DNA from: Candidatus Latescibacterota bacterium | GTDB taxonomy: Bacteria > Latescibacterota > UBA2968 | Length of the DNA stretch: 64,000 nucleotides | Direction: 5' to 3' | NCBI GenBank assembly: GCA_965205975.1 | Contig: OZ242195.1 | Location: 5,056,001-5,120,000 of the forward strand | Part shown: positions 1 to 9,606 of the stretch, one piece after another | How the letters are laid out: each line of letters begins with the position of its first letter | How positions within the stretch are numbered: the first letter of the stretch is position 1 | The notes under the pieces: model-generated | Database searches by the model: none | Seen by the model: only the letters and a program-made list of their open reading frames with translations | Told to the model about the DNA's origin: nothing | Translations under genes and position numbers: made by a program

Positions 1-69
1 TGCACGGGATAAAAAATATCGGCGATGGCCCGCTTCAATACGCCGTGATTATTAGAAAATGAGTGGACA

Positions 70-1209
70 TCAGTAGCCTTTTCGCAACACATCCATAATG
101 TGCGCAGAGAGCGATTGCACGGTTTCGTCAAAATTTACATTCTCAACAGTTATGATGCGATGTGCTTCGCCCACTTTGAGGATATGTTTTTGAATCTCCA
201 AAATGGCATCGAGGTTTTCTACATAGTGGTGCGACGTTCTTTGCGTTGCTTCTTCATTGCGAAATTCAAAACGCTCGGCATATTGCTTTTTGTCATCTAA
301 GTACAGGGTCATCCAGATAAATGTTGCCTGATTTTTATAGGTGCTCAAATCGATCAAATCGGGCAGGAGATGTACCCCGTCAATTATCAGGTTGACATGC
401 TCTTCAATGGCGCGCTCAATCATTGCTCGCACGCCAACGCCAACGCGAACAGCCTGTTCGCGAAATGCCTGTACTACTGGTGGATGCTCACCGGCCAACT
501 CTGCACCTGTGTGTTGCCAGGCAGAAAAGGAAGAGGCGTGCAACGCGGGCATTAGTTCGGGTGCGATCATCAACCGCATAATCTGTCGAATGGCATCGGT
601 GGAGGCGACGCGCGAAATTTTTAGCTGGTTGGCCAATGCCACTCCCACGGATGTTTTGCCTACCCCAGTTGCGCCGCTGATGAGAATAATGAGTGGCTTG
701 TGTTGTCGATCCTTGCGAAATTGATACCAGGCCTCATAGCGCTCGGCATACTGAGATCCATAGCCGTCTTTTAAGCTTTTCAGTGTGATTTTAAAAATCT
801 GTGATCGCTTAATTACCGTGCCTTGTGACCTCGAAAGTTGTTGCTCAACCTCTGAGGCAATCTGGTGTGTGAGGTCGTGATCCAGCCCAATGGCTTCGAG
901 CGAGTCGGCAAGCCGCTCCAGAGAAAATAGTGTTCTATCTTCACCTTCTTCGATAAAAATTTGCCGCGATGTGGGTTCCCAAAAGATGGCATCGCCAATT
1001 ATCCGATCACCAAATTCGCGTTGCACCTGTTTCCGCACCAGGTCGGCCATATCTTCGGCGTTGATGTCTTTCGCTTTTTGAAGTGACCGACGGATGCCAT
1101 CTGCGAATTTGTATGCTTCTTGGAATGCGAATCCATGCTCAATTAAATAATGCGCCAGCATGCCCCGCAAAAATGGAATCCTTTTTTTGCCATCAACAAT
1201 TGTCGCCAT
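70..1209 (-). CDS. ATP-cone-containing 2-phosphoglycerate kinase-like P-loop kinase
   Basis: Two ATP-cone-like segments (RIPFLRGMLA..., RTLFSLERLADSL...), Walker A GATGVGKT, STDAIRQIMR and LHASSF motifs of the 2PGK family; ATG at 1209 preceded by GGAGA. Confidence 0.7.
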   Translation of the reverse strand: MATIVDGKKRIPFLRGMLAHYLIEHGFAFQEAYKFADGIRRSLQKAKDINAEDMADLVRKQVQREFGDRIIGDAIFWEPTSRQIFIEEGEDRTLFSLERLADSLEAIGLDHDLTHQIASEVEQQLSRSQGTVIKRSQIFKITLKSLKDGYGSQYAERYEAWYQFRKDRQHKPLIILISGATGVGKTSVGVALANQLKISRVASTDAIRQIMRLMIAPELMPALHASSFSAWQHTGAELAGEHPPVVQAFREQAVRVGVGVRAMIERAIEEHVNLIIDGVHLLPDLIDLSTYKNQATFIWMTLYLDDKKQYAERFEFRNEEATQRTSHHYVENLDAILEIQKHILKVGEAHRIITVENVNFDETVQSLSAHIMDVLRKGY

Positions 1210-1343
1210 GGCAATCTCCACTAAATACAGCTTTTTTTAAAAACCTATATCCGAACTTAGTGAACCTTTTGCACGGTGTCAAGTCTCTGTATTAAGGCTC
1301 GTCAAAGAGGCTGACAACGATCAACCGAAATGCGAGGATTTTT

Positions 1344-2819
1344 ATGTCTGTACAGCCGAACGTCTTGTTAATTTCGACAGATCACTGGCCTGCCCACCTT
1401 TTGGGATGTGATGGTCATCCTGTTATTCAGACGCCAACGCTGGATGAATTGGCGCGAAGTGGGGTGCGTTTTTCCAATTGTTATGCCGAATGCCCGGTGT
1501 GTATTCCGGCGCGGCGTACGTTGATGACGGGTACCACGCCGCGAACGCACGGGGATCGCGTGTTTAAAGAGACACTCGAAATGCCCGATATGCCAACTCT
1601 GGCGCAGACCTTTCGCAATGCGGGTTATCAAGCGTATGCCGTGGGTAAGTTGCATGTGTTTCCGCAGCGGGATCGCATTGGGTTTGACGATGTGATTTTA
1701 GACGAGGAGGGACGCACGCAGTATGGGGTTCTCGACGATTACGAACTTTTTTTGGGCGATCAGGGCTATGCGGGCGAGCATTTCAATCACGGTATGAGCA
1801 ATAACGAGTATGGCGCGATGCCCTGGCATTTGTCCGATGAAACCCATGCGACGAATTGGGCGACTCAGAATCTGGTGCGTTTTATCAAACGACGAGATCC
1901 CGTGCGCCCATCTTTCTGGTTTATTTCCTATCGGCATCCCCATCCGCCGATTGTGCCGCTGCAAAAGTACCTGGATTTTTATCGGGATATGGAGATGGAT
2001 ACGCCGTTTACAGGTGATTGGGTTCGGTCGGGAAATCTTCCCTATAGTCTTCAATCGATGACTGCGCGGGGAGACAAGCACAGTGCGGTTCAAATCGAGA
2101 TGGCGCGGCGTGCCTTTTATGCCCTGTGTACTCATATTGACCATAGTCTGCGCGTGTTGATTGGGACGCTTAGGGAGGAGGGTTTGCTCGATAATACGAT
2201 TATTTGTTTTACGTCGGATCACGGCGATATGTTGGGCAATCACAATATGTTGGCGAAGCGTCTTTTTTACGAGGGGTCGGCCAATATTCCGATGATTTTG
2301 CTGGGTACGGCTGGCGATGAGCGGGTCGGGTTCAATCGCGTGGATGATCGCCTGGTGGGGTGGCAAGATGTGATGCCCACGTTGTTGGATCTGGCGGGGA
2401 TAGATATTCCCGATACTGTGGAGGGAATGTCGATGGTTGGCGAGCAAGAGCGGGATTGGTTTTACGGCGAGGTCGGCGAAGATGCCCACGCGACGCGGAT
2501 GATTTGCGATGGACGCTACAAGTTGATTTACTATTCTGTGGGAAATTGCCGACAGCTTTTTGATCTGAAAGCTGATCCCCAGGAACTCGTGGATTTGTCG
2601 TCCGATCCGCAATACGCTGAGACCTTGTCGCGGTTGACCGCGCTCTTGATTGGCGAACTTTACGGCGAGGATGAAAAATGGGTCGAGAATGGACAATTGG
2701 TGGGCCTGCCAGACCAGCCATATCATCCCGGTCCCAACCGGGGGCTGACCAGCCAGCGCGGGCAACACTGGCCTCCACCTCCAAAATCCGATATGCCCCA
2801 GATTCAATGGCATGCGTGA
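1344..2819 (+). CDS. Sulfatase-like hydrolase (Cys-type)
   Basis: PNVLLISTD, CIPARR (CxPxR), GKLH and FTSDHGD motifs. Confidence 0.9.
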   Translation: MSVQPNVLLISTDHWPAHLLGCDGHPVIQTPTLDELARSGVRFSNCYAECPVCIPARRTLMTGTTPRTHGDRVFKETLEMPDMPTLAQTFRNAGYQAYAVGKLHVFPQRDRIGFDDVILDEEGRTQYGVLDDYELFLGDQGYAGEHFNHGMSNNEYGAMPWHLSDETHATNWATQNLVRFIKRRDPVRPSFWFISYRHPHPPIVPLQKYLDFYRDMEMDTPFTGDWVRSGNLPYSLQSMTARGDKHSAVQIEMARRAFYALCTHIDHSLRVLIGTLREEGLLDNTIICFTSDHGDMLGNHNMLAKRLFYEGSANIPMILLGTAGDERVGFNRVDDRLVGWQDVMPTLLDLAGIDIPDTVEGMSMVGEQERDWFYGEVGEDAHATRMICDGRYKLIYYSVGNCRQLFDLKADPQELVDLSSDPQYAETLSRLTALLIGELYGEDEKWVENGQLVGLPDQPYHPGPNRGLTSQRGQHWPPPPKSDMPQIQWHA

Positions 2820-2831
2820 GAAGGAGGATTT

Positions 2832-3842
2832 ATGCCATCGCGATTGTTCAATTCACATCCAGATCACGGGATTCGCGTGCCATGCGAGGTGGTGGAAGCT
2901 TATGTGTGTGAGCTTTTTCTCGCTGTGGGTACGTCTGAAGAACACGCGCAGCATATGGCGGTTACGTTGACGGCAAATGATTTGCGCTGTGTGTTTAGCC
3001 ACGGTACGCGGCAGGTGCGCGACTATATATCGCAAATGAAGAATGGGCATACCAATCCGCGGCCCAATGTGACGGTGGTGTCCGAGTCAGAGGCGACGGC
3101 TATACTGGATGGGGATGGTGGGTTGGGGTATTTCCCATCGCATCGGGGAACGGAGATGGCAATTGAAAAGGCGTTAAAGGTGGGGGTGGGTACGGTGACG
3201 ACGCGCAATCACTTCCACTTTGGCGCAGCGGGCAATTATTCCCGTATGGCGCTTGCCAGCGATTGTATCGGGATGGCGCTGTCTTCTCATCGCTATCGCC
3301 CGCGTCCAGATGCGACGGTTATGAGTGCGTCGGGTGGGTCGCCGATTAGTATTGCCGTGCCCACTGGGGAACAACCCCCTCTAATTATGGATATGGCGGC
3401 GCACTTTATCCCTTATAGTGAAGAATCATTTGAGAAGTTTCCCGCGGCAGTTTTCAAGGGTTTGGGGCTGGCGGCTGTGCTTCAGGCGATGGGGGGAATT
3501 TTGGCCGGTATCTGGAATGAGGGGTATGAGTTTACAGGTGAAGGCGAGGGGGCGGCACCACATCAAGGTGCGTTTATTGCGGTGTTTGATGTGAAGCGGT
3601 TTGCCGATGTGGAAGTGTTTAAGCGAGAGATGGATCGCTATGTCGGCGAGGCGCGTGCCACAAAACCGCTGCCGGGGCACGATCGCGCCGAGTTGGCCGG
3701 CGGCATGGAATGGCAATGGGAAAGAGAGCACCGCGAGATCGGTATTCCCATGACCGATGATCACCGCGATTTGCTGGAGAAAGTGGGCAATGATGTCGGG
3801 GTTTCGTCGCCGTTTGGGGAATTTGAGGGATCCCGGTTTTAG
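2832..3842 (+). CDS. Ldh_2 (malate/lactate/sulfolactate/ureidoglycolate-type) oxidoreductase
   Basis: SHG, LDGDGGLG, RNHFHFGAAGNY, PISIAVP and DMA motifs; RBS AGGAGG. Confidence 0.85.
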   Translation: MPSRLFNSHPDHGIRVPCEVVEAYVCELFLAVGTSEEHAQHMAVTLTANDLRCVFSHGTRQVRDYISQMKNGHTNPRPNVTVVSESEATAILDGDGGLGYFPSHRGTEMAIEKALKVGVGTVTTRNHFHFGAAGNYSRMALASDCIGMALSSHRYRPRPDATVMSASGGSPISIAVPTGEQPPLIMDMAAHFIPYSEESFEKFPAAVFKGLGLAAVLQAMGGILAGIWNEGYEFTGEGEGAAPHQGAFIAVFDVKRFADVEVFKREMDRYVGEARATKPLPGHDRAELAGGMEWQWEREHREIGIPMTDDHRDLLEKVGNDVGVSSPFGEFEGSRF

Positions 3843-3877
3843 AATTACAAACTGATGTTAGGCATGTCTGGGATTTC

Positions 3878-3915
3878 TGTCATGCTGAGCGGAGTGGAAC
3901 GGAGCCGAAGCATCT
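3878..3915. repeat. Palindromic intergenic repeat unit (TGTCATGCTGAGCG...CGAAGCATCT type)
   Basis: ATGCT...AGCAT arms in an intergenic spacer; resembles widespread REP/RPE-like units. Confidence 0.45.
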
Positions 3916-3920
3916 GTTCC

Positions 3921-3947
3921 ACTGACTACTGACTACTGACTACTAAC
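3921..3947. repeat. Heptamer tandem repeat (ACTGACT)x3 plus a partial copy
   Basis: actgact actgact actgact actaac directly upstream of the sulfatase RBS. Confidence 0.8.
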
Positions 3948-3961
3948 AGAAGGAGCAATAT

Positions 3962-5254
3962 ATGAGCCATAGACCGAATATTCTTTTTCTTTTTGCCGAT
4001 CAGATGCACGCTTTTGCGATGGGGTGTATGGGTACGGAGGATATTCATACGCCAAATCTGGATAAGCTGGCGCGAGAAGGGGTTTTGTTTCGCAATTGTT
4101 ATTCCAATGCACCGGTTTGTACGCCGTTTCGCGCGACGCTGATTTCGGGGCAATACGGGTCGCAGACAGATACGTTGCGCAATGGGCGGTATATTCCCGA
4201 GGGGACGCGCACACTGGCAGGCGCGCTGAATGACGCGGGATATCGAACCGGTTGGGTGGGCAAGTGGCATTTGGGCGCAACAGGTAATTTGTGGATCCCA
4301 CCCGAGTTGCGGGCGGATTTTACGGAGTTTATCGGGTATCAGTGTTATAACGATTTTTTGCACAGTGTGAAATTTTACGATGAAGTGGGTGATGAGCATT
4401 GGTATGATGATCACAGAACGGATGTGACGAGTGATATTGCGATTGAGCGCATGGAGAAGATGGTGGGAGACGCACCTTTCGCGCTGTTTGTGTCCTATCA
4501 GAATCCGCATTATCCCGAGCAACCGGGATATGAATACGACGAGATGTATCGGGGTGTGACCATTGCGCGACGTCCAAATTGCGAGGAGGTTGATCCCTAT
4601 ACGAGAACGCATAGTCCGCCGAGTCCCAAACCGCAGGAGAACGATCCGATTTATCAGCGCTATGGCAATGATCTCGATGAGTATCTGCGCGCGTATTACG
4701 CGATGGTGACGCAGTTGGATGCAAATGTGGGGCGGATGATGGATGCGCTGGATCGCATGGGGTTGCGGGATAATACGGTGGTGATGTTCACGTCCGATCA
4801 CGGGGATTTGCAGGGTAGTCACGGAGAGACGAATAAGGGCAAGGCCTGGGAGGAGTCGAGTCGGATTCCCCTGATTGTTCGCGCACCGGGGGGCGCGGCT
4901 GGCGCGGTGGTGGATGATCTGGTGTCTGGTGTGGATTTTTTTGCGACGTGTGTAGATTACGCGGGGCAGCCTCCCGTTCCTTCGGTTGAGGGCGATAGTT
5001 TCGCGTCTGTGGTGAGCGATCCTTCTCAGACCTTAGACCGACCAGTGTTTTCAGAGATGCAGCCCTGGTGTATGGTGCGCGAAGGCGCGTTTAAGCTGGT
5101 GGTGGAGAAAGAGGGTTTTGTGGCAACACATTTGTTCGATTTGGAAAATGATCCCTACGAGATGAATAATCTGCTGAACGATCCCGCAAATGCCGAGAAA
5201 CAGGCGCATTTATACGATGTGTTGCAAAACTGGTACAGGCGCGTGAAGAGGTGA
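3962..5254 (+). CDS. Sulfatase (Cys-type)
   Basis: RPNILFLFADQ, CTPFR (CxPxR), GKWHLG and FTSDHGD motifs. Confidence 0.9.
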   Translation: MSHRPNILFLFADQMHAFAMGCMGTEDIHTPNLDKLAREGVLFRNCYSNAPVCTPFRATLISGQYGSQTDTLRNGRYIPEGTRTLAGALNDAGYRTGWVGKWHLGATGNLWIPPELRADFTEFIGYQCYNDFLHSVKFYDEVGDEHWYDDHRTDVTSDIAIERMEKMVGDAPFALFVSYQNPHYPEQPGYEYDEMYRGVTIARRPNCEEVDPYTRTHSPPSPKPQENDPIYQRYGNDLDEYLRAYYAMVTQLDANVGRMMDALDRMGLRDNTVVMFTSDHGDLQGSHGETNKGKAWEESSRIPLIVRAPGGAAGAVVDDLVSGVDFFATCVDYAGQPPVPSVEGDSFASVVSDPSQTLDRPVFSEMQPWCMVREGAFKLVVEKEGFVATHLFDLENDPYEMNNLLNDPANAEKQAHLYDVLQNWYRRVKR

Positions 5255-5284
5255 TTGTGGATGGTGCTGGAAGGGAAGGAGCAA

Positions 5285-5998
5285 ATGGAGGACAGCGTGG
5301 AGAGATCAAAGAGTAAAGAGCCAGGTTGGAAATTCTGGTATCGCTTTTCGAGCTACAAATACACTATTCTCGCCCTTTCTGTGGTTTTTCTTTTTTTTAC
5401 AATGCCGTTGTTAGAGCGCGAGGGAGAGTATTTTTTACCGTTTCTTTTTTTACCGATTATGGCCGCGGTGCTCTGGACGTTGAGCCTTCATAGAGGGCTA
5501 TTGGCGTTGTGTTTGGCACTCGGGTTTCTGGGATTTGGTTTTCATTTAATTGTCGAGGCTATTGATCTGCCTGAGGAAATATCCAGAGTGTTTGAGATGG
5601 CAGAGACGAGTTTTTATAAACTGTTTTACGGGATATGCCTTCTGGTCTTTTTGCACCGGATTTTTTCTGAGACGACGGTCACAGCAGATACCATTCAGGG
5701 GGGGATAGCCGTTTATTTTTTGAGCGGCTTGTTATGGGCATTTTTTTATGAAACTCTGTTATTATTTAATCCAGATGCGATTTTGTTTTCGGATCAGGTT
5801 CAGGGTGAGTTTTCAGATCTCATTTATTTTTCGTTTGTAACAATGACCACCCTGGGCTATGGAGATATAACGCCTGTGAGCCGGATGGCGAAAAATCTGG
5901 CTCTTTTGGAAGCTGTTTGGGGACAAACCTATCTGGCGGTGCTGGTTGCTCGCCTGGTGGGATTGCATTTAAGTGGCAGCGGTAAATTTGATAGATGA
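5285..5998 (+). CDS. Potassium channel family protein (Ion_trans_2 pore)
   Basis: Selectivity filter YFSFVTMTTLGYGDITP, several TM helices; ATG 5285 after AAGGAG. Confidence 0.85.
   Translation: MEDSVERSKSKEPGWKFWYRFSSYKYTILALSVVFLFFTMPLLEREGEYFLPFLFLPIMAAVLWTLSLHRGLLALCLALGFLGFGFHLIVEAIDLPEEISRVFEMAETSFYKLFYGICLLVFLHRIFSETTVTADTIQGGIAVYFLSGLLWAFFYETLLLFNPDAILFSDQVQGEFSDLIYFSFVTMTTLGYGDITPVSRMAKNLALLEAVWGQTYLAVLVARLVGLHLSGSGKFDR
5916..5995. repeat. Left copy of the direct repeat flanking the RND cassette
   Basis: 5916-5944 is identical to 12725-12753; ATTTAAGTGGCAGCGGT nearby matches ATTTAAGTAGCAGCGGT at the right copy. Confidence 0.85.
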
Positions 5999-6099
5999 AT
6001 AGACGCACGGATACAGGTGCAGCCTACAACGCAGCGGTAGGTGTGCAACTGGCCGCCAGGCCAGTTCACCGAGTAATAGATGATATTAAGGGAAAGGTT

Positions 6100-8475
6100 A
6101 TGAATGACATAAGGTGGTGTTTCGCATTTGGCGTTTTCTTGTTTTTCTTATTAGCAGTGCCCGAAATTTGTGCTCAAAATCAAAAAGAGCGCGTCGCGAT
6201 CGGCGTACTTGTAGATGATAAGCAACAGCGAGCAGATATCGGGATTGATCAATTAAAACGCGAATTGGACGCGCTTTTGGGGGCAAAATATCATATCCAG
6301 ATTTTAGAAGATAATATTCTGAGCGCAGATTGGTCTGCCAATGTTGCTGCCAAAAACTATGATCATCTGATGGAAGACGGGGATATAGACATTATCATTG
6401 GCTTTGGCGTCTTGACCAGTTCAGTAATCGCACAAAGGGGCACCTATCAAAAACCCGTTATTGCACTGGGCATTTTTGATCCCAAATTGCAGGGTTTGCC
6501 CGCAGTTGAAAAAAACAGGTCGGGCGTTCACAATCTCACTTATATCCTCTGGTCTGATCGATTTTTGGAAAGAGAACTGGATGTTTTTTACGACATTTTT
6601 CCATATCAAAAAGTGGGCGTTGTCTTCTACGGTGAAGTGTTGAATTTGCTCGCCAGTGATATGGCTTTTGTAGAAGATATGATGCAAAAAAATCGAACTT
6701 CATTTGTATTGCTTCCATTCACTAACGAGACTGAAACCCTGTCTATGGCAATTCGCCAGGGTATTGATGCTTTCTATATCGGGTATTTGGGGCCACATGA
6801 AGGCGCAGAGAAACGCGCATTTATCGACGCCGTGAATAACAGGGGAGTGCCCTCTTTTGGTTCTTCTACGGCCGATGTTCAGCAGGGCGTTTTGGCGGCT
6901 ATCACGCCAGAAGAAAATTTCTCCAGAATTATTCGTCGCATTTCCCTGCATGTCGAAGCCATTCTCAATGGCGAAGATGCAGCGCATTTGCCCGTTTACG
7001 TGAGCTTTGAAGAAAATTTGACGCTCAATATGCAAACCGCCAACAAGATCGGGTTTTCTCCCAAATTTACCGTGCTTGCAAAGGCCGAATTGGTCAATGA
7101 ATTTGCCTCGGAAGGCGCCCGTGTCGTGAATTTGCACCAGGTGATGCGGGAAGCGATGAACACCAACCTCGATCTGAAAATCGAAGCAGGTGCTGTCGAT
7201 GCCGCGCAACAAGAGGTGTTTCTATCTCGCACCCGCTTTTTTCCTTCTTTGAGCGTTGGCGCAACAGGTGTGCAGATTGATAAAAACCGCGCCGAGAGCT
7301 CTTTTGGGCAGCAGCCAGAGCGAGTCGTCACTGGAACAGCAGGGATTAAGCAATTGATTTTCTCTGAACAGGCGATGGGCAATGTGTCTATTCAAAAATA
7401 TCTGTTACATGCGTCGGAATACGGCTACGAAAAATTAAAGCTCGACGTTATCTTAAATGCATCAGGAGCTTATTTTAACGTCTTGAGAGCTAAAATCAGG
7501 CGCAAAATTCAGCAAGACAATGTGGCCCTCATCAGGAGAAATCTCGAAATTGCCAGACAACGGGAAGCCGTCGGCTATTCCGGGCGCTCGGATGTCTATC
7601 GTTGGGAGAGCCGGTTGGCAACGGCCAATACGGATTTGTTGGCCGCCAAAAACAATGTGGCATTGGCGAAGATCCAACTGAACCAATTGCTCAATCGCCC
7701 CATTGATGATGCGTTTATCGCGCAGGAGACCACGTTGTCCGACAGTCTGTACTTTGGCTATCTGGGCAGTGTGAGAGAATATATTGATACGCCCAAATCT
7801 TTGAGTATTTATACTGATTTTCTCATACGAGAAGCCATTCACAATGCGCCGGAAATTAAGCGAGTTGCGGCAAATATCAACGCCCTGCAAAGATCGCTTC
7901 GATCATTTGAGCTGGTGCGCTTTGTTCCAACCATTGGCCTGGGCGCAGAATGGCAGCGCGTCTTGTCCCGAAGTGGTACCGGTTCGGATGTTGTCGGTGT
8001 GAATCCAGTAGATAATTCCTGGAATGTGAGCCTCAGTGCTTCGCTGCCCCTTTTTCAAGGTGGCACGACCCGCATTAATATTCAGCAGGCCCATATCGAA
8101 ATTAATAAACTCGAAGATCAACGCACGCGATTGATGCGGGTTCTGGAGTCGAATGTGCGGGCTACAATGCTGGACGTAATCGTCAAAGCGGTTAATCTCG
8201 AATCATCCCAAAAATCGGCTGAATTGGCCGATAAAAGTCTGGCACTGGTGCAAGATGGATACGCGCAAGGACGCGTCTCTATCGTCAATCTGGTAGATGC
8301 ACAAAATGCAGCGTTGGCCGCCAGGTTGAGCGCATTGGGTTCGGAGTATGAGTTTTTGATCAGCGTGTTAAAAACCGAGCGCGCTGTGGGGAAGTTCAGC
8401 ATGTTGAGCACATCTGAAGAGCAGCAAAATTTTCTCAATCGCTTTGAGGCTTATTTTAACGAGCGTGCCCGTTAA
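6100..8475 (+). CDS. TolC-family outer membrane efflux protein with an N-terminal ABC-type substrate-binding-like domain
   Basis: Signal peptide, then an ~330-aa periplasmic-binding-like region ending LTLNMQTANKIG, then two OEP repeats; first gene of the MFP/RND operon. Confidence 0.8.
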   Translation: MNDIRWCFAFGVFLFFLLAVPEICAQNQKERVAIGVLVDDKQQRADIGIDQLKRELDALLGAKYHIQILEDNILSADWSANVAAKNYDHLMEDGDIDIIIGFGVLTSSVIAQRGTYQKPVIALGIFDPKLQGLPAVEKNRSGVHNLTYILWSDRFLERELDVFYDIFPYQKVGVVFYGEVLNLLASDMAFVEDMMQKNRTSFVLLPFTNETETLSMAIRQGIDAFYIGYLGPHEGAEKRAFIDAVNNRGVPSFGSSTADVQQGVLAAITPEENFSRIIRRISLHVEAILNGEDAAHLPVYVSFEENLTLNMQTANKIGFSPKFTVLAKAELVNEFASEGARVVNLHQVMREAMNTNLDLKIEAGAVDAAQQEVFLSRTRFFPSLSVGATGVQIDKNRAESSFGQQPERVVTGTAGIKQLIFSEQAMGNVSIQKYLLHASEYGYEKLKLDVILNASGAYFNVLRAKIRRKIQQDNVALIRRNLEIARQREAVGYSGRSDVYRWESRLATANTDLLAAKNNVALAKIQLNQLLNRPIDDAFIAQETTLSDSLYFGYLGSVREYIDTPKSLSIYTDFLIREAIHNAPEIKRVAANINALQRSLRSFELVRFVPTIGLGAEWQRVLSRSGTGSDVVGVNPVDNSWNVSLSASLPLFQGGTTRINIQQAHIEINKLEDQRTRLMRVLESNVRATMLDVIVKAVNLESSQKSAELADKSLALVQDGYAQGRVSIVNLVDAQNAALAARLSALGSEYEFLISVLKTERAVGKFSMLSTSEEQQNFLNRFEAYFNERAR

Positions 8476-8507
8476 GCAGTCCTCTATCAAATAGGGAGAG
8501 AAGTCCT

Positions 8508-9593
8508 ATGAAGCCTAAACATATATTGGTCGTTTTTTGCACAGTTTTGCTTTTTTGTTGCGGTGGCGAGAAAGAAAAAAACGAAATCATAAGGCCAGTT
8601 CGATACCAACAAGTCTTTCTCGCTGGCGACGAACAAAGCAGAATTTTGTCTGGCGTGTCAAAAGCCGGTACCGAATCAAAGTTGAGCTTTCGCGTTGGGG
8701 GCATTGTTGAAGCCGTGGATGTCAAAATTGGCGAGAAGGTCAACAAAGGCATGAAGATCGCTTCCGTTGACAATTCAGATGCCCAACTCAACTATGAAAA
8801 AGCAATTGAGACGTTGAGAAAAGTGGAGATCCAGAAAGATAATGCCCGGTCAAATTTAGACAGAGTAAAGGAATTATACGAGAACAACAATGTGTCTTTA
8901 AGCGAGTACGAGGTCGCTAAAGATAAATACGCTTCGGCAAATTCCGCTCATAACACCGAAAAAAGAAATGCAGATCTGAGGAAACGGGAACTCGATTATT
9001 ACGCGCTCTACGCGCCGATGGATGGCATTATCTCGAAGGTCGCTATTGAAAAAAATGAACAGGTCAGCCCCGGTCAGGCCGTTATTACCATCACATCCGA
9101 AGATGATATTGAAGTGAGCGTCGGTATGCCAGAAGTATTCATTTCTCGGGTCAAGACCGGCGAAAAAGTCTCCGTGAAATTTTCATCTGTTCCGGACAAA
9201 GTTTTTGATGGGACGATCTCAGAAGTGTCTTTTGCCGCGGGAACCCAATCGCCTGTCTATCCGGTTATCGTAACGGTAGAACATCCAACCAGCGACATCA
9301 GGCCGGGCATGACGGCGGATGTTACCTTTCATTTTTCTCCGCGCGATCCCGCATCTGCGGAAAGGCTGATTGTTCCGATCAGTGCCGTAGGAGAAGACGC
9401 TCAGGGCAATTTCGTGTTCACGCTCACAAAAAGTGAAAACGGTCTCGCCATAACGCATAAAAAGAAAGTAATAGTCGGAAAATTGTTCCACGATGGATTT
9501 GAAATCATTGAGGGATTGCAAAATGGTGCGCTCGTCGTCACCGCGGGCGTGGCAAGTCTCACAGAGGGCATGACGGTCAAGTTGTTGCAGTAA
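8508..9593 (+). CDS. RND efflux periplasmic adaptor (MFP) subunit
   Basis: Lipoprotein-like N-terminus; LSFRVGG, LYAPMDG and IRPGMTA motifs. Confidence 0.9.
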   Translation: MKPKHILVVFCTVLLFCCGGEKEKNEIIRPVRYQQVFLAGDEQSRILSGVSKAGTESKLSFRVGGIVEAVDVKIGEKVNKGMKIASVDNSDAQLNYEKAIETLRKVEIQKDNARSNLDRVKELYENNNVSLSEYEVAKDKYASANSAHNTEKRNADLRKRELDYYALYAPMDGIISKVAIEKNEQVSPGQAVITITSEDDIEVSVGMPEVFISRVKTGEKVSVKFSSVPDKVFDGTISEVSFAAGTQSPVYPVIVTVEHPTSDIRPGMTADVTFHFSPRDPASAERLIVPISAVGEDAQGNFVFTLTKSENGLAITHKKKVIVGKLFHDGFEIIEGLQNGALVVTAGVASLTEGMTVKLLQ

Positions 9594-9606
9594 GAGGAGA
9601 TAACAT

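Noticed and set aside
1..70. Gene starting at the ATG overlapping the stop of the 2PGK-like gene
   Set aside because: That frame closes after 11 codons and there is too little sequence to call another frame
1698..2813. Long antisense ORFs (also 3926-4822, 16358-17110, 36181-37296, 62210-62902)
   Set aside because: Shadow frames of well-supported genes on the opposite strand, with no recognisable motifs
6020..6080. Bulged hairpin (GGTG-TGC-AACTGGCC..GGCCAGTT-CACC) at the left edge of the RND cassette as an integron attC site
   Set aside because: No convincing RYYYAAC/GTTRRRY boxes and no integrase in the window
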